A stretch of DNA of 64,000 bases, taken from assembly GCA_951406725.2 (NCBI GenBank), contig OX597841.1, forward strand, positions 26,784,001 to 26,848,000. The letters run 5' to 3'. Positions 44,310 to 57,829 of this stretch are shown here, one piece after another. Position 1 is the stretch's first letter, and each line of letters opens with the position of its first letter. The translations under genes and the position numbers were made by a program. Source of the stretch: Octopus vulgaris. Its lineage: Eukaryota. The notes under the pieces are model-generated. The model was not told the DNA's origin. It did no database searches and was given only the letters and a program-made list of their open reading frames with translations.

Positions 44310-45102
44310 ATTGATAGAGATTTAGCTGCTATTTCGGTGAATTTAATTACCATGTGGAGCTCCATCTCATTGGCTGATGTATATATAAGATAGTCAGGTG
44401 TATTTGAGAGAGATTTAGCTGCTATTTCGGCGAATCTAATTACCATGTGGAGCTCTATCTCATTGGCTGATGTATATATAAGATAGTCAGGTGTGTTTGA
44501 GAGAGATTTAGCTGCTGTTTCTACCAGATCTAGTTACCATGCAAATGTCTTCATCGCTGTCTCATATATATCTATATGGATACATAACAAAGAAGTGTTT
44601 GATAAGAGAGACATTTGGCTGCTATTTCTACCAGGTCTAGTACCATGTAGAGGTCTCAATCATTGGCTCAGACATACACATATACACGCATAAGAGGGTA
44701 GGGCGTGATCTGAGGGAGATTTGGTAGAAATTTCTATCTTGTCTGGTTACCATGTAGAGGTCTCCATCATTGGTTCATACATGTAATTATACATACATAC
44801 ATACATAAGACAGTAGGGTGTGATCTGAGGAAGATTTAGCTGTTATTTCTACCATGATTAGCTACCATGTAGAGGTCTCCCTCATTGGTTTACACATACA
44901 TATATCCACGCATAAGACAGTAGTGGGTGAGTTGAGGGTGATTTGGCTGCTATTTCTACCAGCTCTAGCTACCAGGCAGAGGTCTCCCTCATTGGCTCAT
45001 ACATGCAATTATACATACATAAGATAGTAGGGTGTGATCTGAGGAAAATTTAGCTGCTATTTCTACCAGCTCTAGGTACCATGTAGAGGTTTCTCTCATT
45101 GG

Positions 45103-45138
<36 letters not shown>

Positions 45139-45340
45139 TAAAATAGTTGGGTGTGATTTGAGGGAGATTTAGCTGCTATTTCTACTATGACTAGCTACCA
45201 TGTTGAGGTCTCCCTCATTGTCTCATACATACATACTCTCACACACACAAACACACATATACATGCATGCATGCATACATACACAAGGCAACAAAGTGTG
45301 ATCTGACGGAGATTTGCCTGCTGTTTCTACCAAGCTCTTG
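44310..45340 (+). repeat. ~90-150-bp tandem repeat, about 10 diverged copies
   Basis: GTGATTTGAGGGAGATTTAGCTGCTATTTCTAC...TACCATGTAGAGGTCTCCCTCATTGGCTCA; dispersed relatives at ~20420-20640 and 57698-57795. Confidence 0.88.
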
Positions 45341-45530
45341 AAATTACTATCGGTAATGATGATGATGATGATGGTGCTGGTGCTGGTGACCAAGTACGTT
45401 CCCTCCCCCGCCCGCGCCTGTCCATCACGCCACACCCTGATCCGCTACCCTACCAAATCCATATCCTATTATGATATCCGATATTCTTGTGAAAAGCCCA
45501 GACAAAAGCTGAGATAGAATATCCTCAGTG

Positions 45531-45597
<67 letters not shown>

Positions 45598-46249
45598 CAT
45601 AGTGCACGTGTCCTTGTGATGCAAATGTGTATGCATGTGTATGTATGATTTTGTGTGTATATTTATTTATGCGTGCATACACACACATATATGTATGTAT
45701 GCATGTATCTATATGTATATATTTATGTGTGTGTATGTATATATATATATATATGTATGTATATGTATATGTATATATATATATATGTATGTAGATGTAT
45801 ATGTATGTTTAAATATATGTGTGTATCTATATATACGTATGTTTATGTATGTATATATATATATGTACATATATATATGTATCTATGTGTGTATGTTTGT
45901 GTATATATGTATCTATGTGTATATATGTAAGCATATATATATACATATATATGTATGTATGTATGTATCTATCTATATATGTATGTTTACCTCTATCTCT
46001 ACATGTATATTAATATACTTATATTTAAATGTGTCTGTGTATATATATATTGCATGTACACACATAGGAATACGTGCGCTGTGTATTCATACAATTTCTA
46101 ACCACATACAATTATACACCATTTTATATACATTAACATACAATTTTTCACAAATATATTTCTATGTATGTATGCATGTGTGTTTTAATTTAAAGGCATG
46201 CTATATATGTGCACTCTTTATTGTGTATATGCTCTACCAGAAATATATA

Positions 46250-46653
46250 GGCGTAGGAGTGGCTGTGTGGTAAGTAGCTTGCTTACGAACCACATGGTTC
46301 CGGGTTCAGTCCCACTGCATGGCACCTTTGGCAAGTGTCTTCTACTATAGCCTTGGGCCGACCAAAGCCTTGTGAGTGGATTTGGCAGATGGAAACTGAA
46401 AGAAGCCCGTCGTATATATGTATATGTATGTGTGTGTATATGATTGTATATCTGTGTTTGTCCCCCCTCCAACATCGCTTGACAACCGATTCTGGTGTGT
46501 TTACGTCCCCGTAACTTAGCGGTTTGGCAAAAGGACAGATAGAATAAGTACTAGGCTTACAAAGAATGTCCTGGGGTCGACTTGCTCGACTAAAGGCGGT
46601 GCTCCAGCATGGCCACAGTCAAATGACTGAAACAAGTAAAAGAGTAAAAGAGA
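46250..46653 (+). mobile_element. SINE family A, full length
   Basis: Head and tail match family A. Confidence 0.9.
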
Positions 46654-47269
46654 TAGACGCCATTGAAATAGTCATTTGCGTATCATACTCAAAGCATACA
46701 AACTGTTGGTAGGCCAGTTATTATAGTATTTCTCCTGTGATAACGTCATATGAATATGCTCTCTTAAAAACACAATAAATAACGGCGTGGGGGCGCTGTG
46801 CTGTGATGTATATAAATGCAATGTTATTTACTAGTTCGAATATGCCCTGGGCATGTTTGGACTCTTAAATAAGCCATTTACTCTGTTTTGTCATGAAGAA
46901 AACTTCTCACTATTAGACATAAGGTGTAAACTACATTTTGATAAAAATATATTCAAATTGGAATTTATATGAATTTTCTGGATATTTGAATGTGTATTAG
47001 AAATTTTGGAATATATACTTATAAGAATTTTCCAGAAATTTTTATGGGAATTATAAAAAAAAGAAGCGATGAGAAAACGTTGATTCCTCCCCCTTCACTT
47101 CGATAAAAAGGGTATTGGTACTGGATGTCCTGTTTACACCCAGTCCCTCTTTCAAGGCATGTAGCTCCCTCTGTTGATCTAGCCATCTTTCCCTTTCATT
47201 TATCAAGTATTTGATCAATTTTTAAGAGCCATTAATTTCATGATCGCTACTATTAATATGCATGCATGT

Positions 47270-47447
47270 ATTAACGTGCACGTGGCTGAGTACTCCACAG
47301 ACGCGTGTATCCTTAACGTAGTTCTCAGGGTGATTCATTGTGATACTGAATGTGATAAGTGTCTTGCTCAAGAGCACAACACACCGCCGGGAATCGAACT
47401 CGTGTCGGGACAATCGTGAGACGAATACCTTAACATCTAAGCCACGC
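47270..47447 (-). mobile_element. Degenerate SINE related to 47717-48103
   Basis: TTAACGTGCACGTGGCTGAGTACTCCACAGAC...; tRNA-like head on the minus strand. Confidence 0.6.
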
Positions 47448-47458
47448 ATTAATCAAAC

Positions 47459-47716
47459 TATTGGGTTGGTGCCTAATTATTGCAACATTTTTTTCAACTA
47501 ATTTTATTCAACAAAAACAATAACAACATGTAATAAAAACATCTTTAAATGATTATTCCGGAGCATATTCACCATCTACTTCAATTACTGCTTCCCAATT
47601 GCTTGGCAAACGGTCAGACCATCATTTAAAGATGGTTTTTGTTAAATATTGTTATTGTTTTTGTTGAATAAAATTTGTTGACAAAAAGAGCCGCAATAAT
47701 TATGCACCAACGCAAT
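47459..47716. mobile_element. Mariner-derived MITE
   Basis: TIRs TATTGGGTTGGTGCCTAATTATTGC / GCAATAATTATGCACCAACGCAAT with extended inverted subterminal sequence. Confidence 0.75.
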
Positions 47717-48103
47717 GGATGGAAGCACTCCGTCGGTTACGACGATGAGGGTTCCGGTTGATCCGATCAACGGAACAGCCTGCTCGTGAAATTAACGTGT
47801 AAGTGGCTGAGCACTCCACAGACACGTGTACCCTTAACGTAGTTCTCGGGGATATTCAGCGTGACACAGAGAGTGACAAGGCCGGCCCCTTTGAAATACA
47901 GGTACAACAGAAACAGGATGTAAGAGTGAGAGAAAACTGTGGTGAAAGAGTACAGCAGGGATCACCACCATCCCCTGCCGGAGCCTCGTGGAGCTTCTAG
48001 GTGTTTTCGCTCAATAAACACTCACAACGCCCGGTCTGGGAATCGAAACCGCGATCCTATGACCGCGAGTTCGCTGCCCTAACCACTGGGCCATTGCGCC
48101 TCC
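47717..48103 (-). mobile_element. SINE with family B head and a different 3' body
   Basis: Head is the reverse complement of 24641-24810; the body diverges afterwards. Flanked by a 60-bp direct repeat. Confidence 0.85.
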
Positions 48104-48402
48104 ACGTTTTTGTTGAATAAAATTTGTTAACAAAAGGAGCCGCAATAATTCTGCACCAACGCAATAGAAACACAGCAAAATGAAATGAGAACGAAACAGC
48201 TTGGAATTTATTTTTTCATCGTAACAATGGAATTGTCCAATCTGTGATTCACCTACTGGTTTGGTTCATTCTTTCATTCATTCGGCACTTGTTTTGCTAG
48301 TTGGACGTTTCGAGAAGAAGCAACTCAAGGCATACACAAAGAAGCCCGTAAAATGGAGGAAGTTGGCAAAAACTAGGAAAAGCAGGAAATAACATAAATG
48401 TA

Positions 48403-48667
48403 TCATCACCATCATTGTTCGACCATGGTGGAGACAATGGAATATACCATGCTACGCCAGACTTCACGGTCCATCATGGCATTACGGAGGTCCTGTTGCT
48501 GGATGCCTGTATCCCTGGAGATTACATCAGGGTAGGAGAGTGTGCGCCCTCTGGTATTGCGAGTAGATGGCTTCCAGAGGAGAAGAGTAGAAATTACCTC
48601 TTTTCAGCTCTACAACAATGTCCAGCAAACTGGACTCTTCTACCTTTCACAAGAGATGATATGTATG

Positions 48668-48722
<55 letters not shown>

Positions 48723-48985
48723 TCACCATCATTGTTCGACCATGGTGGAGACAATGGAATTTACCATGCTACGCCAGACTTCACGGTCCATCATGGCATT
48801 ACGGAGGTCCTGTTGCTGGATACCTGTATCCCTGGAGATTACATCAGGGTAGGAGAGTGTGCGGCCCTCTGGTATTGCGAGTAGATGGCTTCCAGAGGAG
48901 AAGAGTAGAAATTACCTCTTTTCAGCTCTACAACAATGTCCAGCAAACTGGACTCTTCTACCTTTCACAAGAGATGATATGTATG

Positions 48986-49028
<43 letters not shown>

Positions 49029-49290
49029 TCACCATCATTGTTCGACCATGGTGGAGACAATGGAATTTACCATGCTACGCCAGACTTCACGGTCCATCAT
49101 GGCATTACGGAGGTCCTGTTGCTGGATACCTGTATCCCTGGAGATTACATCAGGGTAGGAGAGTGTGCGCCCTCTGGTATTGCGAGTAGATGGCTTCCAG
49201 AGGAGAAGAGTAGAAATTACCTCTTTTCAGCTCTACAACAATGTCCAGCAAACTGGACTCTTCTACCTTTCACAAGAGATGATATGTATG

Positions 49291-49331
<41 letters not shown>

Positions 49332-49886
49332 TCACCATCATTCTTCGACCATGGTGGAGACAATGGAATTTACCATGCTACGCCAGACTTCACGGTCCAT
49401 CATGGCATTACGGAGGTCCTGTTGCTGGATACCTGTATCCCTGGAGATTACATCAGGGTAGGAGAGTGTGCGCCCTCTGGTATTGCGAGTAGATGGCTTC
49501 CAGAGGAGAAGAGTAGAAATTACCTCTTTTCAGCTCTACAACAATGTCCAGCAAACTGGACTCTTCTACCTTTCACAAGAGATGATATGTATGTATGTAT
49601 ATATATATATATATATATATATTATCACCATCATTGTTCGACCATGGTGGAGACAATGGAATTTACCATACTACGCCAGACTTCACGGTCCATCATGGCA
49701 TTACGGAGGTCCTGTTGCTGGATACCTGTATCCCTGGAGATTACATCAGGGTAGGAGAGTGTGCGCCCTCTGGTATTGCGAGTAGATGGCTTCCAGAGGA
49801 GAAGAGTAGAAATTACCTCTTTTCAGCTCTACAACAATGTCCAGCAAACTGGACTCTTCTACCTTTCACAAGAGATGATATGTATG

Positions 49887-49947
<61 letters not shown>

Positions 49948-50209
49948 TCACCATCATTGTTCGACCGTGGTGGAGACAATGGAATATACCATGCTACGCC
50001 AGACTTCACGGTCCATCATGGCATTACGGAGGTCCTGTTGCTGGATACCTGTATCCCTGGAGATTACATCAGGGTAGGAGAGTGTGCGCCCTCTGGTATT
50101 GCGAGTAGATGGCTTCCAGAGGAGAAGAGTAGAAATTACCTCTTTTCAGCTCTACAACAATGTCCAGCAAACTGGACTCTTCTACCTTTCACAAGAGATG
50201 ATATGTATG

Positions 50210-50266
<57 letters not shown>

Positions 50267-50527
50267 TCACCATCATTGTTCGACCATGGTGGAGACAATG
50301 GAATTTACCATGCTACGCCAGACTTCACGGTCCATCATGGCATTACGGAGGTCCTGTTGCTGGATACCTGTATCCCTGGAGATTACATCAGGGTAGGAGA
50401 GTGTGCGCCCTCTGGTATTGCGAGTAGATGGCTTCCAGAGGAGAAGAGTAGAAATTACCTCTTTCAGCTCTACAACAATGTCCAGCAAACTGGACTCTTC
50501 TACCTTTCACAAGAGATGATATGTATG

Positions 50528-50574
<47 letters not shown>

Positions 50575-51118
50575 TCACCATCATTGTTTGACCATGGTGG
50601 AGACAATGGAATTTACCATGCTACGCCAGACTTCACGGTCCATCATGGCATTACGGAGGTCCTGTTGCTGGATACCTGTATCCCTGGAGATTACATCAGG
50701 GTAGGAGAGTGTGCGCCCTCTGGTATTGCGAGTAGATGGCTTCCAGAGGAGAAGAGTAGAAATTACCTCTTTTTCAGCTCTACAACAATGTCCAGCAAAC
50801 TGGACTCTTCTACCTTTCACAAGAGATGATATGTATGTATGTATATATATATATCATCATCATCATTGTTCGACCATGGTGGAGACAATGGAATTTACCA
50901 TGCTACGCCAGACTTCACGGTCCATCATGGCATTACGGAGGTCCTGTTGCTGGATACCTGTATCCCTGGAGATTACATCAGGGTAGGAGAGTGTGCGCCT
51001 TCTGGTATTGCGAGTAGATGGCTTCCAGAGGAGAAGAGTAGAAATTACCTCTTTTCAGCTCTACAACAATGTCCAGCAAACTGGACTCTTCTACCTTTCA
51101 CAAGAGATGATATGTATG

Positions 51119-51173
<55 letters not shown>

Positions 51174-51434
51174 TCACCATCATTGTTCGACCATGGTGGA
51201 GACAATGGAATTTACTATGCTACGCCAGACTTCACGGTCCATCATGGCATTACGGAGGTCCTGTTGCTGGATACCTGTATCCCTGGAGATTACATCAGGG
51301 TAGGAGAGTGTGCGCCCTCTGGTATTGCGAGTAGATGGCTTCCAGAGGAGAAGAGTAGAAATTACCTCTTTCAGCTCTACAACAATGTCCAGCAAACTGG
51401 ACTCTTCTACCTTTCACAAGAGATGATATGTATG

Positions 51435-51495
<61 letters not shown>

Positions 51496-52022
51496 TCACC
51501 ATCATTGTTCGACCATGGTGGAGACAATGGAATTTACCATGCTACGCCAGACTTCACGGTCCATCATGGCATTACGGAGGTCCTGTTGCTGGATACCTGT
51601 ATCCCTGGAGATTACATCAGGGTAGGAGAGTGTGCGCCCTCTGGTATTGCGAGTAGATGGCTTCCAGAGGAGAAGAGTAGAAATTACCTCTTTTTCAGCT
51701 CTACAACAATGTCCAGCAAACTGGACTCTTGTACCTTTCACAAGAGATGATATGTATGTATGTATATATATATATCATCATCATCATTGTTCGACCATGG
51801 TGGAGACAATGGAATTTACCATGCTACGCCAGACTTCACGGTCCATCATGGCATTACGGAGGTCCTGTTGCTGGATACCTGTATCCCTGGAGATTACATC
51901 AGGGTAGGAGAGTGTGCGCCCTCTGGTATTGCGAGTAGATGGCTTCCAGAGAAGACCAGAAATTACCTCTTTTTCAGCTCTACAACAATGTCCAGCAAAC
52001 TCGACTCTCTTACCTTTCACAA
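48403..52022 (-). repeat. Tandem array of 12 RTE-like LINE 3'-end fragments (~255 bp) separated by variable (TA)n
   Basis: Units start at about 48403, 48721, 49027, 49329, 49623, 49946, 50264, 50573, 50855, 51172, 51494 and 51776. Minus-strand peptide RRVQFAGHCCR...LLLWKP...RGRTLSY...MMDREVWR is typical of RTE C-termini; (GAT)-like tail. Confidence 0.92.
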
Positions 52023-52064
52023 TAAATAATGGGTCAAATATTCGAAGATAATCTGTCGCGCGGA

Positions 52065-52077
52065 TTTTGGCGGGAAA
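52065..52077. promoter_or_regulatory. E2F-type site TTTTGGCGGGAAA
   Basis: Reverse complement TTTCCCGCCAAAA matches TTTSSCGC, within a unique island. Confidence 0.3.
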
Positions 52078-52341
52078 GATAAGGCTAACTTCAAAACTGA
52101 ACGAACGAATGGTTTTATATATGAGCTGCGGCAATGTTAAACTTAAGCTTTACTTTACTGGTCGGCCATATTGTTTTCTCAATATTGAAATTGTTTTGTT
52201 CACTGAAGGCTGAATTCTTCAAACACACACTCACACACACACACACACACACAAACATACACACACACCACTGTGTTATAGGCATGCGCTTCTGTCTTCC
52301 TTGTGAGTTCTCTATATTTCTATGAATCAGCCTTTCCCTTC

Positions 52342-52406
<65 letters not shown>

Positions 52407-53073
52407 CATACATATATATATATACATACATACATATATATATATATATACATACATATATTTACATACATATATATATATATACATACATATATATATA
52501 TACATATATATACATATAAATACATATATATTTATACACACATATATATTCGTGTATTTGTGATTGTGTGTCAAATGTTTTGCTTGTCTATAAGTGTATA
52601 TATATATATATATATATGTTTCTTAGGCGTGTGTGAGTGTATATATATCTGTATACATACAAACACGCATATATATACATACATATATATATATATACAT
52701 ATACACATACACACGTGTATATATATGTATGTATATGTATATATATATATATATATATACATATATACATTTATATATAGTAATTGTGCATATACACAAA
52801 GCCTATTTTGCGACCGTTGATAAGCATACATACGTTAAAGCTTAAACAAACAACTGATTGCACACACACACACGCACACATCTTTATATATCCATATACA
52901 CACGCATCTACACGCGTGTATGCTTGCGTTTAATTCGCCCGTGTGTCGTTTGAACCCTTGCCAAAATGGCTTCGGGTTTTGCTTTCCCTTTCTGTCCTCT
53001 TTTTCCTTTTCTTCTTTCTTCCCTTACTCTATTTCTCGAACATACCCTGTCTCTTTCCCTTCTCTCTGCACTG

Positions 53074-53112
<39 letters not shown>

Positions 53113-53131
53113 GTCTATCTATCTATCTATC

Positions 53132-53232
<101 letters not shown>

Positions 53233-53357
53233 CCTATCTGTCTGTATGTTTATCTGTCTGTTTATCTCTCTGTCTATCTGTCTGTCTATCTGTCTGTCTA
53301 TCTGTCAATCTATCTGTCTGTCTGTCTGTTTATCTGTCTGTCTGTCTATCTGTCTAG

Positions 53358-53481
<124 letters not shown>

Positions 53482-53799
53482 GTCTGTCTATTTATCTGCC
53501 CGTCTGTCTGCGTGTCTGTCTGTCTGCCTGTGTATATATATATATTCCTCTCTTTCTTTATCTCTTTGCCTCTCTCGCTTGTCTTTTTCTACGTCTCGGG
53601 TCACACAGTTGCCTTTCATTTAAATTCTCTCTCTCTCTCTCTCTCTCTCTCAATCTATTTCTCTGTTTCTCCCTCTCGCTTAAGGTTTCGCTGACCCTCG
53701 CACCATCACTCGCAACCACTGGCCATAATACCAACATCACCACCACCATCAGACCATTAACTTCAGCACTAAGTTAACAACTACCATTGCACTCAACTA

Positions 53800-54580
53800 C
53801 CAAAACCACCACTATCATCATCACTACACACACACCACCACCACAGTCACCATCGTTACTACCGCCACCACCATCATCACTACTACCACCACCACCACCA
53901 CCACCATCGTTACTACCACCACCACTACCACCATCGTTACTACCACCACCACCACCATCATCACTACTACCACCACCACCCACCACCACCGTTACTACCA
54001 CCACCACCACCACTACTACTACCACAACCACCATCGTTACTACCACAACCACCACCACCACCACCACCACCATCATCACTGCTACCACCACCACCACCAC
54101 CATCGTTACTACTACAACCACCATCACCACTATCATCACTGCTACCACCACCACAACAATCACCATCTTTACTACCACCACCACCACCACCATCACTACT
54201 CACCACCACCACCACCACCATCATCGTTACTACCACCATCATCACTGCCACCACCACCATCACTACACACACCACCACCACAACCACCATCGTTACTACC
54301 ACCACCACCACCACCACCACCACCACCATCATCACTGCTACCACCACCACCACCACCATCGTTACTACTACAACCACCATCACCACTATCATCACTGCTA
54401 CCACCACCACAACAATCACCATCTTTACTACCACCACCACCACCACCACCACCATCACTACCACCACCACCACCACCACCATCATCGTTACTACCACCAT
54501 CATCACTGCCACCACCACCACCACCACCATCGTTACTACCACAACCACTACCACCACCACCAACAGCAACAACAACCACC
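53800..54580. repeat. (CCA)n-based degenerate tandem with internal duplications
   Basis: Seen directly. Confidence 0.92.
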
Positions 54581-54609
54581 CACGCACCACGCACTACCGC
54601 TACCGCCGT

Positions 54610-54621
54610 CGCCGCCATCTT
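54610..54621 (-). promoter_or_regulatory. YY1-type motif AAGATGGCGGCG
   Basis: Consensus match at the edge of a unique island (54590-54770). Confidence 0.3.
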
Positions 54622-54881
54622 CGTTTCCAACCGAACCGTTTTCTTTTGAAAGGAGTGATTCGCCCCAAGTTAAAGCTGTTGGCACGAAGACCAAATCGTT
54701 GATTCCTTTGCTGGACACGTCCAGTGTGCAAGAAAGCATGGAATAAGCCTTCACTGACCACTCTCTTTGCTAGACACCCCTCTCTCCCTCTCTCTCTCCT
54801 TACTCTTCTCACTCTTCCTCTCCCTTTGTTTGGTTGGCCTGGTTGGTCAATGGTATGTAGTGTGGCGGAATATTATTGTTA

Positions 54882-54963
<82 letters not shown>

Positions 54964-54995
54964 CATTATTATTATTATTATTATTGTTATTATTA

Positions 54996-55068
54996 TTTCC
55001 TTCTTTGTATTGTCCCGCTCACTCGTCACCCTGGAAGGACAAGTAAAAAAAGATTATTGTTATTATTA

Positions 55069-55118
<50 letters not shown>

Positions 55119-55204
55119 GTTATTATTATTATTTCCTTCTTTGTATTGTCCCGCTCACTCGTCACCCTGGAAGGACAAGTAAAAAAAGATTATTGTTATT
55201 ATTA

Positions 55205-55257
<53 letters not shown>

Positions 55258-55343
55258 GTTATTATTATTATTTCCTTCTTTGTATTGTCCCGCTCACTCG
55301 TCACCCTGGAAGGACAAGTAAAAAAAGATTATTGTTATTATTA

Positions 55344-55399
<56 letters not shown>

Positions 55400-55485
55400 G
55401 TTATTATTATTATTTCCTTCTTTGTATTGTCCCGCTCACTCGTCACCCTGGAAGGACAAGTAAAAAAAGATTATTGTTATTATTA

Positions 55486-55538
<53 letters not shown>

Positions 55539-55609
55539 GTTATTATTATTATTTCCTTCTTTGTATTGTCCCGCTCACTCGTCACCCTGGAAGGACAAGT
55601 AAAAAAAGA
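54996..55609. repeat. Tandem array of a 58-bp core + (TTA)n, 5 copies
   Basis: TTTCCTTCTTTGTATTGTCCCGCTC...AAAAAAAGA at 54996, 55132, 55271, 55413 and 55552; diverged copy at 56018. Confidence 0.95.
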
Positions 55610-55624
55610 TTATTGCTATTATTA

Positions 55625-55701
<77 letters not shown>

Positions 55702-55703
<2 letters not shown>

Positions 55704-55990
55704 ACTTAGATAAACTTAGATATGTTTCGACCAAAGATTGGTCCAGGCCATGTCTAACTTAATAGCGCCACCTGATAGGATTATTTGAATCCTGTTTAAG
55801 TCAAGTTTTGTTTCTGGTCCATTCAAGTAGTGAGTTTTTGTTGGGTGAGTTGTATCCAATTATGGGTGGCTTATCTGGTATTCCTTGAAGGAATCTATCC
55901 AGACTCTGTTTAAAGTTGATGGGATCCTTTTCCTCTTTGATCTCCCTCGGGACAATGTTAAATAGGGCATGGCCTGTTGAGGAAAAGAAA
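55702..55990 (-). mobile_element. 3' end of a second CR1/L2-like LINE family
   Basis: Minus frame FFSSTGHALFNIVPREIKEEKDPINFKQSLDRFLQGIPDKPP...NSLLEWTRNKT* aligns by eye with GPQLFNILP...FKMKLDLFLSGVPDEP...NSL; (ATCTAAGTTT)2 tail. Confidence 0.8.
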
Positions 55991-56113
55991 TTATTATTAT
56001 TGTTATTGTTATTGTTATTTCCTTCTTTGTATTGCCCCGCTCAATCTTCACCCTGGAAGGAAAAGTACAAAAGATTATCAATATTACTATTGTTGTTGTT
56101 ATCATTATTATTG

Positions 56114-56181
<68 letters not shown>

Positions 56182-56413
56182 GAGTGAGAGAGCAGTGCAT
56201 GCCATCAAAGTGACACAGGGGTAAAATATACGAAGCCCAATATACCCATCATGACTACCCGTCTGATAAAGGTACACCAGGCACATGCATCACAACCATA
56301 TGCGCGTGACATGGTGATCTCCTATCAAGATAAACAGCACATGACCTTGCAGGTGGGGCCCAGTTAGAATTTTCTTCTGGTCGAGTAGCCCATCCTGCTC
56401 AAATGGTCCCTGA

Positions 56414-56414
<1 letters not shown>
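56182..56414 (-). mobile_element. Probable non-LTR 3'-UTR fragment inserted in (TAA)n (Dong/R4-like targeting)
   Basis: Discrete ~230-bp block with (TTA)n on both sides; the family assignment is inference only. Confidence 0.4.
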
Positions 56415-56500
<86 letters not shown>

Positions 56501-57615
56501 GAAGGCGGCGAGCTGGCAGAATCGTTAAGCATGCCGGGCTAAAAATGCTTAGCTCTATTTCGTCTGCCGCTGCGTTCTGAGTTCAAATTCCACCGAGGTT
56601 GACTTTGCCTTTCATTGTTTCGGGGTCGATAAATTAAGTAGCAGTTACGTATTGGGGTCGATGTAATCGACTTAATCCGTTTGTCTGTCCTTGTTTGTCC
56701 TCTCTGTGTTTAGCCCCTTGTGGGTAGTAAAGAAATAGGTATTTCGTCTGCCGCTACGTTCTGAGTTCCAATTCCGCTTGGGTCGACATTGCCTTTCATC
56801 CTATCGATGTCAATTAAACAAGTACCTGTTACCCACTGGGGTCGATGTGATCGACTTTATCCCTGCCAAAGCGGCGAGTTGGCAGAAACGTTTGCGCGCC
56901 GGGTGACATGCTTAGCGGTATTTCGTCTGTCGTTACGTTTTGAGTTCAAATTTCGCCGTGGTCCACTTTGCCTTTCATCCTTTCGGGGTCGATAAATTAA
57001 GTACCAGTTACGCACTGGGGTCGATGTAATCGACTTAATCCGTTTATCTGTCCTTGTTTGTCCCCTCTATGTTTAGCCCCTTGTGGGTAGTAAAAAAATA
57101 GGTATTTCGTCTGCCGCTGTTACGTTCTGAGTTCAAATTTCGCGGAGGTCGATTTTGCCTTTCTTCCTTTCGGGGTCGATAAATTAAGTACCAGTTACGC
57201 ACTGGGGTCGATATAATCGACTTAATCCGTTTGTCTGTCCTTGTTTGTCCCCCTCTGTGTTTAGCCCCTTGTGGGTAGTAAAGAAATAGGTATCTCGTCT
57301 GCTGCTACGTTCTGAGTTCAAATGCCTTTCATTCTTTCGGTGTCGATAAATTAAATACCAGTTGCGTACTGGGATCGATCTAAACGACTGGCAGTCCCTC
57401 CCAAAATTTCGGGGCTTGTGCCTAGAGTACAAAAGTATCATTGGCATGCTGGACAAAATGTCTGTTGCTCCTGAGTTCCGATTCCACCGAGGTCGACTTT
57501 GCCTTTCATCCTTTCGGGTTCGATAAAATAAGTACCATTTCAGTACTGAGATCAAGGTAATCAATTAACTACCTATTCCGAAATTGCTGGCCTTGTACCA
57601 AAAATTTAAACCGTT
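56501..57615 (+). mobile_element. Tandem multimer of SINE family C
   Basis: The unit GAGTTCAAATTCC...GCCTTTCATCCTTTCGGGGTCGATAAATTAAGTACC recurs about 6 times; heads at 56501 and ~56870. Confidence 0.85.
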
Positions 57616-57829
57616 ATTTTTATAAGGTTTAGCTAAAATATAATAGTCTTCTTCGTTGACTCATACGTACATTCATGCAAGCATAAGGCAGCAGGGAGTG
57701 ATTTGAAGGAGATTTGGCTGCTATTTCTACCACTTCTAGTTATCATATAGACGTCTTCCTCGTTGGTTCATGTAGAGTCTCCCACGTGGGCTCATGCATG
57801 CGTAGATACATATATACTTAAAGACAGTA

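Noticed and set aside
48403-52022. CRISPR-like repeat-spacer array
   Set aside because: Repeats are ~255 bp of RTE coding sequence, spacers are (TA)n rather than unique, there are no cas genes, and the context is eukaryotic.
55763-55778. CTCF-like motif CTATCAGGTGGCGCTA and an adjacent hammerhead-like stem-GAAAC
   Set aside because: Lies in the 3' UTR of a CR1/L2-like LINE, is explained by the shared LINE 3' motif, and has no CUGANGA core.
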